64,000 nt of DNA, taken from contig CP170459.1 in NCBI GenBank assembly GCA_047947115.1, forward strand, positions 2,656,001 to 2,720,000, written 5' to 3'. The stretch's first letter is position 1. Every line of letters starts with the position of its first letter. The stretch is from Verrucomicrobiota bacterium (GTDB lineage Bacteria; Verrucomicrobiota; Verrucomicrobiia; Limisphaerales; AAA164-E04). The position numbers and the translations under genes were made by a program. Positions 9,379-19,086 of this stretch are shown one piece after another. The notes beneath the pieces are model-generated. The model made no database searches, was not told where the DNA came from, and saw only the letters and a list, made by a program, of their open reading frames with translations.

Positions 9379-10080
9379 GTAGTAAGTGCCGTCCCCGGCG
9401 CGCTTCCTTGTGGCTTGTCAAGGCAAACCAGCCAGGTAGATCTGATCGTCCCGATCCGAACCTTGTGTCATCCCTACTCAAGAATGCCATCCAAAGGAAA
9501 GCCCTGACGTATTTGAACGCCAACATTCCCGCGTGTGTTCGAATCGAATACAGGCTACTGAAAACCGCAGGCCTCCCGAAACGGACGATGCTTGCATTTC
9601 GAACAACCCAAGGGACGCGCCGGGGACGGCACGAACTACCTGAGGTAGGTTGCAGGTAGATCTGATCGTCCCGATCCGAACCTTGTGTCATCCCTACTCA
9701 AAAATGCCATCCAAAGGAAAATCCTGACGTATTTGAACGCCAACATTCCCGCGTGTGTCCGAATCGAAACAGGCTACTGAAAACCGCAGGCTACCCGAAA
9801 CGGACGATGCTTGCATTTCGAACAACCCAAGGGACGCGCCGGGGACGGCACGAACTACCTGAGGTAGGTTGCAGGTAGATCTGATCGTCCCGATCCGAAC
9901 CTTGTGTCATTCCTGCTCAAAAATGCCACCCAAAGGAAAGCCCTGACGTATTTGAACGCCAACATTCCCGCGTGTGTCCGAATCGAAACAGGCTGCTGAA
10001 AACCGCAGGCTTCCCGAAACGGACGATGCCAGCATTTCGAACATCCCAAGGCACGCGCCGGGGACGGCACGAACTACCTG
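9379..10080. repeat. Tandem array of three ~219-bp REPIN/BIME-like units built from GTAG-family REPs, plus a solo REP at 9379
   Basis: Units start at 9433, 9653 and 9872. Each begins CAGGTAGATCTGATCGTCCCGATC and ends CGCGCCGGGGACGGCACGAACTACCTG (inverted GTAG + hairpin); the copies differ at only a few positions. Confidence 0.92.
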
Positions 10081-10133
10081 GGGGGCAATCTTTGAGTTTG
10101 TCAGGGTTCCACAAATCGCCTATCAACGAATGC

Positions 10134-10991
10134 ATGAAATGCCGATGCTTGGTTGGATTCTTGTTGGTGATGGTTCTGGCACTGTCTGTTGGCGCTGGTG
10201 AAACGGTTTCGTTGTGGAAAGACGGCGCTCCCGGCGCATTGGGGAATCAGGATCACGACAACCCCACACTCACTCTTTATCTCCCTTCAAAAGACAAGGC
10301 AACTGGTGCCGCCATTGTTGTGTTTCCGGGAGGCGGGTATGGTGGTTTGGCGCCTCATGAAGGCAAAGGTTATGCCGAGTGGCTGGCCGAACAGGGGATT
10401 GCCGGATTGGTGTTGAAATACCGGTTGGGTTCCAAAGGCTACCGCCACCCCATCATGCTGGACGATGCTGCGCGTGCGGTTCGACTGACCAAATACCACG
10501 CTGCCGAATGGGGCATTGATCCCGAACGTGTGGGTATCATGGGGTCTTCTGCCGGAGGTCATTTGGCTTCCACACTCGTGACGCACTTTGAAGCTGGCGA
10601 CAAGGACTCCAGAGATCCTGTGGATCGTTTGTCTTCCCGACCAGCTCTTGGGATTCTTTGTTATCCGGTGGTATCGATGGGAGCCTTCACGCATCAGGGA
10701 TCCAAACGGAATTTGTTGGGTGACGAACCTTCTTCAGAACTGGTCTGGTTGCTTTCCAATGAACTTCAAGTCAAAGCCGATACGCCTCCTTGTTTCGTTT
10801 GGCATACTTGGGAAGACCAAGCCGTTCCTGTGGAGAATAGTCTTCAGTTTGCGGATGCACTTCGCAAGGCCGGTGTGCCCTTCGATCTCCACATCTACCA
10901 AAAAGGACGCCATGGCATCGGTCTGGCCAACGGCCATCCCTGGACCAAGGACTGTCTGTTTTGGTTGAAAGAGCAGAAGTTTCTGCGTTGA
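10134..10991 (+). CDS. Secreted alpha/beta hydrolase (BD-FAE / acetylxylan esterase-like)
   Basis: PGGGY, GIMGSSAGGHL (GxSxG), EDQAVP, GRHGIG. The ORF-track start at 9972 lies inside the repeat, so ATG 10134 is used. Confidence 0.88.
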   Translation: MKCRCLVGFLLVMVLALSVGAGETVSLWKDGAPGALGNQDHDNPTLTLYLPSKDKATGAAIVVFPGGGYGGLAPHEGKGYAEWLAEQGIAGLVLKYRLGSKGYRHPIMLDDAARAVRLTKYHAAEWGIDPERVGIMGSSAGGHLASTLVTHFEAGDKDSRDPVDRLSSRPALGILCYPVVSMGAFTHQGSKRNLLGDEPSSELVWLLSNELQVKADTPPCFVWHTWEDQAVPVENSLQFADALRKAGVPFDLHIYQKGRHGIGLANGHPWTKDCLFWLKEQKFLR

Positions 10992-10999
10992 TTTTTTTT

Positions 11000-11196
11000 T
11001 GACAGGATTTACAGGTTGCAACGGATGTTTTTTGGAGGGGGCGGGATGCTGGTGATGAATGAGGAAGCTTAAGAGGTGATGCTCCGTATCCAGAGTGGTA
11101 ACAAGTCCCTGTAACGTTAAAACGTCGATTTATCTATTAACAATATGCCCTCACAGGCCGAATAAAAACATCCTGTTCATCTCGTAGATCCCGCGA
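11000..11196. repeat. Degenerate inverted repeat of the ACAGGAT type
   Basis: GACAGGATTTACAGGTTGCAACGGATGTTTTT roughly mirrors AAAAACATCCTGTTCATCTCGTAGATCCCG. Confidence 0.4.
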
Positions 11197-11216
11197 CTGC
11201 GGTGACTGCCTAAAAA

Positions 11217-11915
11217 ATGAATCCTATCGTTGAAATCCGAAATCTGAGCAAAGTTTACTCGCAGGGTGAGATCCAGGTTACTGCTCTGGATGATATCCAT
11301 CTCGACATACATCCTTCGGATTTCCTGACGCTGATGGGGCCCTCCGGTTCTGGGAAATCGACTTTGCTGCATATAATCGCCGGAATTGATCGCCAGAGTT
11401 CCGGTATCTGCAAAGTGCAGGGCATTGATCTGCGAGGGCTCAATGAATCAGCTCTGGCGGATTGGCGTAATCAGAACGTGGGATTCATCTTTCAGAGTTT
11501 CAATCTCATTCCGGTGTTGAGTGCTTTTGAGAATGTGGAACTTCCTCTGTTATTGACCCGGCTTGGACGTCCGGAACGCCGGAAGCTGGTGCAGACCGCC
11601 CTGGAACTGGTTGGGCTTGAAGATCGAGCCGGGCATTTGCCGAAGCAACTCAGTGGAGGGCAGGAGCAACGTGTTGCCATTGCCCGGGCCTTGGTGACGG
11701 ATCCCGCTTTGGTGGTGGCCGATGAGCCGACGGGGAATCTGGATTCGGAATCCGCCCAGCAGGTGCTTGAGATCCTTCAATCTCTGAGTCGCGATGCCGG
11801 AAAAACCGTGATCATGGTGACCCACGATCCGCGTGCCGCCGCTTTTGGCAATCGAACGATTCATCTCGAGAAAGGGCGTTTCGCCGAACCTTCTACATCC
11901 GAAGCGAAGGCCTGA
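11217..11915 (+). CDS. ABC transporter ATP-binding protein (LolD/MacB type)
   Basis: Walker [10 protein letters not shown], signature [27 protein letters not shown]. Confidence 0.95.
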   Translation: MNPIVEIRNLSKVYSQGEIQVTALDDIHLDIHPSDFLTLMGPSGSGKSTLLHIIAGIDRQSSGICKVQGIDLRGLNESALADWRNQNVGFIFQSFNLIPVLSAFENVELPLLLTRLGRPERRKLVQTALELVGLEDRAGHLPKQLSGGQEQRVAIARALVTDPALVVADEPTGNLDSESAQQVLEILQSLSRDAGKTVIMVTHDPRAAAFGNRTIHLEKGRFAEPSTSEAKA

Positions 11916-11956
11916 GCATGTAATTACTCATGCTGCCTTGAACCAAGAACTTTCCG

Positions 11957-13102
11957 ATGACCACGACGACATTCATTATCCGAAATGCTCTTCGCAACAA
12001 GCGTCGGGCATTCTTGTCAGCCATGAGTGTGGCGGTCAGTTTGTTTTTGTTCGTGACCTTGCAGGTAGCCTTGAGGGAACTGACCATTCCGCCGGAAGAC
12101 ATCGGAGCATCCCTGCGCATCGCTGTCCGTAATAAGGTGTCGCTGGCTCAACCACTGCCTGTGCGCCAATTGCAGGTGATCGAAAAAATTCCGGGTGTGG
12201 CGGCGGTGACTCCATTCTCTTATTTTGGGGGGTTATTTCGCAATGAATCGTTCACAACCTTCGCTCAATTTGCGGTGAATCCAAACCGCTTCACCAATGT
12301 CTTTGTGGAAGCCAAAGCTTCATCTGAACACTTGCAAGCCTGGATCAAGGATCGCGGCAGTTGTCTGGTAGGGCTTGATACCATGGAGCGGTATGATCTG
12401 AAAGTTGGAGATCGCATGTTGCTCACCGGTACCTTATACCCGGCCGATCTGGATATGAAAATCGTGGGAACGTACCAGGGAACGCTGGATGATCGCTCGG
12501 TGTTTTTTCATCACACCTATCTGGATGAACTGACGGACGACCCCGGAACAGTGGGAACATGGTGGGTACGCGCCGCTTCCGCGGAAGTTGCCCCGCAGGT
12601 TATTCAATCCATCAATTCTGCCTTTGAAAACACCTCCTCTGAAGTGCGGGCCGAGAGTGAACGCGCTTTTCAAATGGGTTTTGTGTCCATGTGGGGGAAC
12701 ATCAAGATGCTGATCGATTCCATTTGTTCGGCGATTGTGTTCACTCTGCTGCTTGTTTCGGTCAGCACCATGAGCATGGCGATTCGTGAACGGTTCCGGG
12801 AACTGGCCATTCTCAAGGCGATTGGTTTTCGCCGTAATGAATTGCTCTCGTTTATCCTTGCGGAAAGTTTGTTGCTTTCCCTGTTGGGCGCGGTCATGGG
12901 AGCAGGGGGAGCTGCCTGGATCTTTCATTATATCGACATACAAGCCTTGTCGGGCGGGATGTTTGTCTATTTTGAAGTGACCGAACGGATGCTGGGAAGC
13001 GCCTTTCTCATCGCGATGGTTTTGGGGGTCTTATCGGGAGTCGTGCCCGGCTTGTCCGTGTGTCGCATGAGTGTTGTCGATGGACTGAAAACTTTGGATT
13101 GA
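11957..13102 (+). CDS. ABC permease, MacB/FtsX family
   Basis: N-terminal TM, periplasmic domain, three C-terminal TMs, ERFRELAILKAIGF. Confidence 0.92.
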   Translation: MTTTTFIIRNALRNKRRAFLSAMSVAVSLFLFVTLQVALRELTIPPEDIGASLRIAVRNKVSLAQPLPVRQLQVIEKIPGVAAVTPFSYFGGLFRNESFTTFAQFAVNPNRFTNVFVEAKASSEHLQAWIKDRGSCLVGLDTMERYDLKVGDRMLLTGTLYPADLDMKIVGTYQGTLDDRSVFFHHTYLDELTDDPGTVGTWWVRAASAEVAPQVIQSINSAFENTSSEVRAESERAFQMGFVSMWGNIKMLIDSICSAIVFTLLLVSVSTMSMAIRERFRELAILKAIGFRRNELLSFILAESLLLSLLGAVMGAGGAAWIFHYIDIQALSGGMFVYFEVTERMLGSAFLIAMVLGVLSGVVPGLSVCRMSVVDGLKTLD

Positions 13103-13108
13103 TCCGAT

Positions 13109-14269
13109 ATGTTGCCGATCAAATACAATGCCAAAAACGTCTTGCTTCGTTGGCGCAGCACACTCGCCACCATCTTGGGGATTGCCATGGTGGTGGCGGT
13201 TTATGTCATGGTGCAGGCTCTGGCGGTAGGATTGGAGAAAAGCAGCGCCAATACAGGCGATCCGCGCAACCTCATGATCGTTCGCAAAGGTTCTCAATCG
13301 GAATCCAGCAGCATCGTCACGCTCGAGCAATATCGGTCGCTGCTTTATTCAGAATGGATCGAACATGATGCGAATGACCGCCCTCTTGTTACGGCTGACG
13401 TGCTCACCTTGGTCAATTTGCCAAGACGTGAGCAAAACGGCGAAGCCAATACGACTCTGAGAGGCATTGGGCCGATGGGGAAGGTGTTGCGCCCTCAAGT
13501 GAAATTGGTGGAAGGCAGATGGTTCGAACCCGGTAAAAGAGAGGTGGTCGTCAGTAAACGTCTGGCGGCCCGGTTTGCCAATTTCGGTATCGGTGATCGT
13601 TTCAAAACCGGACCGGATTGGCTGACGGTTGTGGGTTGGTTTGATGCAGGAAACTGTGCCTTTGATTCGGAAATCTGGGCGGATTCGGACGAAGTCAGGG
13701 CCTTGTTTGATCGAGATTCCTATTCCTGCCTGTTGGTGCGTCCGGTCAATGCGGAAGGACTTACGGTTTTGACCAAACTGGTGGAGGAAGATAAACGTCT
13801 TCAGTTGCTAGCCAAGAATGAAGTGGCATACTATCGGGAGCAGACAATGACGGCCACACCGATCAAATGGCTGGGTAACTTCCTGGCAACCGCCATGTCC
13901 ATCGGCGCGATCCTCGCGGCCATGAACACCATGTATGCAACCGTCGGCGCCCGCACGCGGGAAATTGGCACGCTGCGTGTGCTTGGTTTTCGACGTCGAA
14001 CCATTGTACTCGGCTTGTTGATCGAGGGGATGCTGCTGTGCTCTATCGGAGGTGTGTTCGGATGTTTGCTTGCTCTGCCCATCAATGGTTATGCAACGGG
14101 AACCATCGGTTTTGAATCGTTCAGTGAGACTGTTTTTGAATTCACCATCACTCCTGCCTTGGCTTCGCAAGGAATCGTTTTTTCTGCTTTGATCGGATTA
14201 TTTGGAACCCTTATTCCAGCCATCAAAGCGTCGCGGACACCTGTCATCGATGCCCTGAAATCGCTATGA
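13109..14269 (+). CDS. ABC permease, MacB/FtsX family
   Basis: ARTREIGTLRVLGF; GRWFEPGKREVVV; four-TM topology. Confidence 0.92.
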   Translation: MLPIKYNAKNVLLRWRSTLATILGIAMVVAVYVMVQALAVGLEKSSANTGDPRNLMIVRKGSQSESSSIVTLEQYRSLLYSEWIEHDANDRPLVTADVLTLVNLPRREQNGEANTTLRGIGPMGKVLRPQVKLVEGRWFEPGKREVVVSKRLAARFANFGIGDRFKTGPDWLTVVGWFDAGNCAFDSEIWADSDEVRALFDRDSYSCLLVRPVNAEGLTVLTKLVEEDKRLQLLAKNEVAYYREQTMTATPIKWLGNFLATAMSIGAILAAMNTMYATVGARTREIGTLRVLGFRRRTIVLGLLIEGMLLCSIGGVFGCLLALPINGYATGTIGFESFSETVFEFTITPALASQGIVFSALIGLFGTLIPAIKASRTPVIDALKSL

Positions 14270-15291
14270 AAAAAGACCACATACAACAGCTCAAGATTCC
14301 TGCAAGTGCCAAGAAACGACCCAAATCCACCGTGACAATGATCTATGGCGGGATTGTTCTGCTGCTTGCCATTGCTGTGTGGTTTGCCTGGCCGAGGGAG
14401 GGAGATGATCAAAGGATTCTTGATACAACTTATCCAGGTGACACAGCGACCACCGGAGCGGTTTCTACATCTTCCTCAAATGTCCACTCTCCAGAATTCA
14501 CGTCTGCCCGAACGGGCGAATTTCCATCTGTCAAAGCGTCTGGTCATTCACTGTTGACCGTCAGCGGATACATCGTCAACAGGGAACGCATTGAGCTGAG
14601 TCCGCGGTTCATGGGAGTGGTGCGAGATATTCGGGTCAAAAAAGGAGACTCTGTGACCAAGGATCAGGTGGTTGCTGTTTTGGATGATGTTGAGTATCTA
14701 GCGCAACTCAAGCAGGCAAAGGGGGCGCTTGAAGTGGCTCAGGTGCAGGTCAAACAGGCGCAGCTTGACGTGGATCGCGCCCGTCGTCTGGTTGCAGAGC
14801 GAGTGGAGATGAAAGCAACTTTGGAAGATGCGGAGCTGCGACTTGCCGCCGGCCAAGCTGACGTCAAACGTCTGGAGGGGCAGGTGGAATTGGTCCAAAC
14901 CTATCTGGACTGGACGATCATTCGATCTCCCATCAACGGTGTGGTCCTCGAAAAACTGGTCGATCCTAACGAACTGGTGACACCCCAGTCATTCGGTGGA
15001 ACGCGCGGGCCCAGCACGGCATTGATTTCACTGGGTGATCCCGAAGATCTGCAGGTTGAAATCGAATTGAACGAATCGGATCTATCCAAAATCTATCTGA
15101 ACCAAGCCTGTCGGATTTCACCCGAAGCGTATCTGGATCGTGTGTATCAGGGTTATGTCGTCGAAATCGCACCCGAAGCCAATCGTCAAAAAGGCACCTT
15201 GCAAATCAAAGTCCAGATTGAAAATCCCGACAAATATCTCACCCCCGAACTCAGCGCGAAAGTCGATTTCATGCCGGGAAACACGGAGTAG
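14266..15291 (+). CDS. Efflux periplasmic adaptor (membrane fusion protein, HlyD/MacA family)
   Basis: N-terminal TM, VKKGDSV lipoyl half, coiled coil, IRSPINGVV; ATGA overlap with the permease. Confidence 0.9.
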   Translation: MKKDHIQQLKIPASAKKRPKSTVTMIYGGIVLLLAIAVWFAWPREGDDQRILDTTYPGDTATTGAVSTSSSNVHSPEFTSARTGEFPSVKASGHSLLTVSGYIVNRERIELSPRFMGVVRDIRVKKGDSVTKDQVVAVLDDVEYLAQLKQAKGALEVAQVQVKQAQLDVDRARRLVAERVEMKATLEDAELRLAAGQADVKRLEGQVELVQTYLDWTIIRSPINGVVLEKLVDPNELVTPQSFGGTRGPSTALISLGDPEDLQVEIELNESDLSKIYLNQACRISPEAYLDRVYQGYVVEIAPEANRQKGTLQIKVQIENPDKYLTPELSAKVDFMPGNTE

Positions 15292-15328
15292 TTTTTGGAC
15301 AGCCACCTCAGTCGCTGTCCAAAAAAAA
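15292..15328. terminator. Bidirectional terminator between convergent genes
   Basis: TTTTTGGACAGC-loop-GCTGTCCAAAAAAAA. Confidence 0.75.
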
Positions 15329-15332
15329 CAGG

Positions 15333-16850
15333 CTATCGGTTATCGGTAACTTTCCCGTTCAACCTCGGACGTTTATTGGGGCCGAAAGCTACGTTGGATT
15401 GGGATTCGATGGTGACTTGATCGTCTTTGAAGGTGAATTCAAAGTTCAGGTGAAAGGGCGTTTCCACGGCACAAACTTTCAATGTCAATGTGGATTCATC
15501 CGTCCAGGCATAGGAGCCAGCTACAGGTTCGTCTTCGAAATCCGAAAGGCGTCCGACAGGGAAAGGAGAGCGTCCGGTTTTCCAGTTGCCATGTCCGGCT
15601 CGAAATTGGAGTGGACGTTCTGAACCATCCATGATGAAAGTCAACTGATCCGAACTCGGGTCCTGCATGATCGTCAGGTACCGGTTGCCCGTTTCGTTTT
15701 CTTCCAGATGATATGTACGTTTCAACGTCTTGGAAGCCAGTGCGGAACTGCTGTCGCCCTCGACCGGTGGAATAACCAGCGACTCCAACTTGGATTTCAA
15801 TTGTTCGGAAGATGCTTTGTCGGGCCTCAATGTGTCCGGATGGCAGGCCGGGATAAAACGTGACCATACAACATCCAGCACAGCTTGCATGCTTGAGACA
15901 CCGCTGGTGATGGCGATCACCGCATCCAGCTTGGGCATGACAATGCAGTATTGTCCGAAGGCGCCATCTCCGCGATACGCATCGTGACGGCATCGCCAGA
16001 ACTGAAAACCATATCCCTGATTCCAATCGCTGACCGGATTGCTGCCGTTGGACACCTGTTTGGAAGTGGCCTGTTCCACCCAGATGGAAGGGATGAGTTG
16101 TTGTCCATTCCAGTGCCCTTTTTGCAAGTAAAGTTGACCGAACTTGGCGATGTCCTCAGTGCGCACGCGCAGGCCATATCCTCCAAGGGAGATGCCTTGG
16201 GAATTCGTGTCCCAGACCGGCTGTGTGATGCCTAATGGTTCAAATAAACGTGGCTTCAAGTACTCCAATACAGTCTGTCCGGTTACTTTTTGAACGATAG
16301 CGGACTGCATGAATGTGGCGGCGGTGTTGTATTTGAAATGGGTGCCGGGTTGATGCGGGACTTCTTGTGCAAGGAAGGATTCGGGCGACACCACGTCCGG
16401 AGAGGCGGAGGGTTCATCCTGATGACCGGTGGTCATCGTCAACAGATCCCGGACCCGCATGGATTTGAGATGGTTGGAAGGATTCTCCGGCATGGCATCA
16501 GGAAAGAAATTGCCGACATTATGATCAATACTGAGTTTGCCTTCCGCCACCGCCAGTCCGACGGCGGTCGATGTGAAGCTTTTGCTCAGTGAATAGAGGA
16601 CATGGTTGTTCTCGGCTGCATAAGGAGCCCACCACCCTTCCGCGACGACGTGCCCGTGACGAACAACCATGATGCTGTGCATCCCATCGATTTTCGAATC
16701 CAACGCCTCAATGAACAAGCAGAGTGCGTCCGATGAAATTCCCTGCGCTTCGGGCTTGCTGCGGGGTAAGGAGGTCGTTTCCTGTCCTCTAAGCAGGGGG
16801 CAGAAAGTCAACAAAACAACCAAGCGGATGACGGCTTTTGGTTTAGTCAT
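15333..16850 (-). CDS. Serine hydrolase, beta-lactamase (class C-like) family
   Basis: YSLSKSFT (SxxK), FKYNT (YxN), LLTMTTG, YGFQFW, GDGAFGQ; signal peptide. Confidence 0.9.
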   Translation of the reverse strand: MTKPKAVIRLVVLLTFCPLLRGQETTSLPRSKPEAQGISSDALCLFIEALDSKIDGMHSIMVVRHGHVVAEGWWAPYAAENNHVLYSLSKSFTSTAVGLAVAEGKLSIDHNVGNFFPDAMPENPSNHLKSMRVRDLLTMTTGHQDEPSASPDVVSPESFLAQEVPHQPGTHFKYNTAATFMQSAIVQKVTGQTVLEYLKPRLFEPLGITQPVWDTNSQGISLGGYGLRVRTEDIAKFGQLYLQKGHWNGQQLIPSIWVEQATSKQVSNGSNPVSDWNQGYGFQFWRCRHDAYRGDGAFGQYCIVMPKLDAVIAITSGVSSMQAVLDVVWSRFIPACHPDTLRPDKASSEQLKSKLESLVIPPVEGDSSSALASKTLKRTYHLEENETGNRYLTIMQDPSSDQLTFIMDGSERPLQFRAGHGNWKTGRSPFPVGRLSDFEDEPVAGSYAWTDESTLTLKVCAVETPFHLNFEFTFKDDQVTIESQSNVAFGPNKRPRLNGKVTDNR

Positions 16851-16883
16851 GCATACTCAATATTTTGGTTTTCAACGAGATGA

Positions 16884-17084
16884 TCAATCCTCTGAATTCT
16901 CAGAAAGGATCATTGCTGGCGAGGTGTGTTCTGACATTTCACCAGAGTGACTCAGTAAAATATGCTTCAGAGATGTGATCCGTTTCTTAATGTACTGCTT
17001 TTCCTGATGCCATGACATGCCTTCAAGGTCATCTGACATCGTCTTTCGAATGTTTCTCATCAACTCTACAGATTTAATCTTCAT
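16884..17084 (-). CDS. Small protein coupled to the PIN gene (putative antitoxin partner)
   Basis: Overlaps the PIN gene end by 11 nt; KSVELMRNIR motif resembles small partners found downstream of PIN genes; AT-rich. Confidence 0.5.
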   Translation of the reverse strand: MKIKSVELMRNIRKTMSDDLEGMSWHQEKQYIKKRITSLKHILLSHSGEMSEHTSPAMILSENSED

Positions 17085-17541
17085 AATCTAAAACTTCGGT
17101 TGGCGATCGTATCTCTATTAAAGGATAGCCCAGTCTGAGATTGACAGAATTGTAGCCCCGTATTCTATTCAGATTAACTATATGTCTGAAATTCCAACTG
17201 ACAAGCACATCCACATGATTCTCTGTGGCTGTCGCGATGTGTTGAGCATCAAGGCGACACTTCTGGGGGATAACACCCTCTCGCAAGTATGTCTCGCCTA
17301 ATTCACCTGCTTTTTCCGAAAACTCAACTAGCTCCAAGTGCTCGGCGGGAACTGAATTTTAAACATCCCGCACTGCAGGTGGGGCAAGCTCAAGCTCCGC
17401 CAAAGTGATGTCCGAAACAACCATGACGATTGATCCCGTCTGGAAGCTGTTAAACAATGACTTGGAGTCTTTTTCGAATTCGACATCAAGACATCCCCCA
17501 ATGACCGAAGTGTCAGTGTATACTCGTTTTTTGATTATCAT
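17074..17541 (-). pseudogene. PIN-domain (VapC-like) protein with an in-frame TAA at 17359-17361
   Basis: ORFs 17359-17541 and 17074-17337 share a frame: VYTDTSVIGG...SDITLAEL...DV*NSVP...DAQHIATAT...LVSWNFRHIVN. Confidence 0.85.
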
Positions 17542-17597
17542 TCAGAATTAGAATACCTGTTCGGAATGTTACTATGGTTGGCTACCCTGTGAAAGTT

Positions 17598-18731
17598 TTA
17601 CTGAAACAACTGTGGCGCGAATGTGTTCAGATACTGCCGCCAGACAATCCAAGTGTGTGCGCCTTCGCCTTCTTCGTAGACGACGTCGAACTTGTGTTTT
17701 TTGAACATCTCCACAGTGGCGCGTGAGGTTTCCACCAGGAAGTCATCTTTGCCGGTGGCGAACCAGAATAGTTTTAGGCCGTTTTTAAGTTCCTTGTTGT
17801 CGAGGATTGACTTGTGACGTTCTTCAAATGAGGGCCCCTGTTGCGGGCGGTTGGGATTGGGGATGATTCCGAAGACGCCCGAACTGTAAACTCCAAGATA
17901 GGCAAACTTTTCAAGGTGCGGGATGCCGACATTCAATGTTTGTGCTCCTCCCATGGATAATCCTGCAATGGCGCGACTGTTTCGGTTTGTTTTTACGCGT
18001 TAGTTTTTCTCAATGTAGGGCATGACGTCGTTGACGAAATCCTGGGAAAATTCATCCGGTCCGCCGAACATGCGGGCGCCTTTGTGACCGGCGGGCATGA
18101 CGATGATCATGGGTTTGGCCTTTCCAGCGGCGATCAGGTTGTCGACGATGAAACCGGCGCGACCGACGGTAGACCAGGAATTGTCACAGTCACCAGCTCC
18201 ATGCAGCAAGTAGAAAACCGGGAATGTGCCTTCACCTTTCTGGTAACCCGGAGGAGTGTAAACATGCATGCGCCGAAACCGCTTGAGGGACGACGAGTGA
18301 TAGGTGATCTCTGCCACAGCTCCACGAGGCACATCCTGCGTGTCCATCCATTCAGATCCTTCAACCCCCACCAGACTCCAGGTGTTGTTGTTGGATTCAC
18401 TGGTTGACGGGTTGCGCGGGTTGATGACCGAAACACCGTCGACGTTGAAATTGTATCGATAGTAGCCCGGGGCGACGTCCAGAGTGGTCTCCCAGATGCC
18501 TTCATCATTTTTAGTCATGTCCGCTCCCCGACCTACGCCTGGAATGTCGCCCGCGGAAAGGCTGACTTCCTTTGCGTTGGGAGCCAGAATGCGGAAAGTG
18601 ACCTTGCCGTCATTGACTTCAGGGGAGGTGACTTGCGGTCCACGGCCAAAGCCTTGGGCTTCAATTTGAGTGTATGGTTGGAATGCTGCCAGCAGCGCGG
18701 CGGTCGCAATCATTGAGAAGATTCGTTTCAT
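17598..18731 (-). pseudogene. CBM48-like plus CE1-type esterase with an in-frame TAA at 18000-18002
   Basis: VTFRILAPNAKEV, RRMHVYTPPGY, YLLHGAG, then IEKN*RVKTNRNSRAIAGLSMGG (GxSxG) and GAHTW in the same frame. Confidence 0.85.
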
Positions 18732-18919
18732 TCTTGTTTTTTGAGTTGGATGGTTGTTTGTTGATGGAAAATTGATTTGGATGGATCTTAAGCCTGCTGC
18801 CATTAAATCTTGTACCACAAGACCAGTGAGGAGAAGAGCAACGGCCTGTAAATTACTATTGAATCAACGGAGTTTTGCAAAATTATACTCGCCCTGGTTG
18901 AAGGGCAAGGAGAATCATA

Positions 18920-18990
18920 CCATTGCAGCTTGAAAGGGATTCCAAAGCATTGAGGTTTGAAGTGGGGGTAAGTCGGAGCTTACCCCTCCG
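18920..18990 (-). repeat. Dispersed 71-bp intergenic repeat, copy 1
   Basis: Reverse complement CGGAGGGGTAAGCTCCGACTTACCCCCACTTCAAACCTCA...GCTGCAATGG aligns without gaps to 49857-49927. Confidence 0.8.
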
Positions 18991-19086
18991 GTTAAGGATT
19001 TCTAATTTTTGGACTGCGCCCTCTCCGCTGCAGAAAGAGAAATGTGGTTTGCAAGAACGGATCAAATTTTCTATTACTTATACTCA

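Noticed and set aside
9433..10080. CRISPR array
   Set aside because: Units are about 219 bp with near-identical interiors, there are no unique spacers, and no cas genes are in the window.
9293..10201. ORFs inside the tandem repeat and the long N-terminus of ORF 9972-10991
   Set aside because: They translate palindromic repeat DNA, and a 1-bp indel between copies breaks the frame. The hydrolase has a signal peptide starting at ATG 10134.
15333..16850. Antibiotic-resistance beta-lactamase (likewise VanZ at 62919 as glycopeptide resistance)
   Set aside because: Both belong to broad families. There is no resistance or mobile context, and the motifs fit generic serine hydrolase and VanZ-like proteins.
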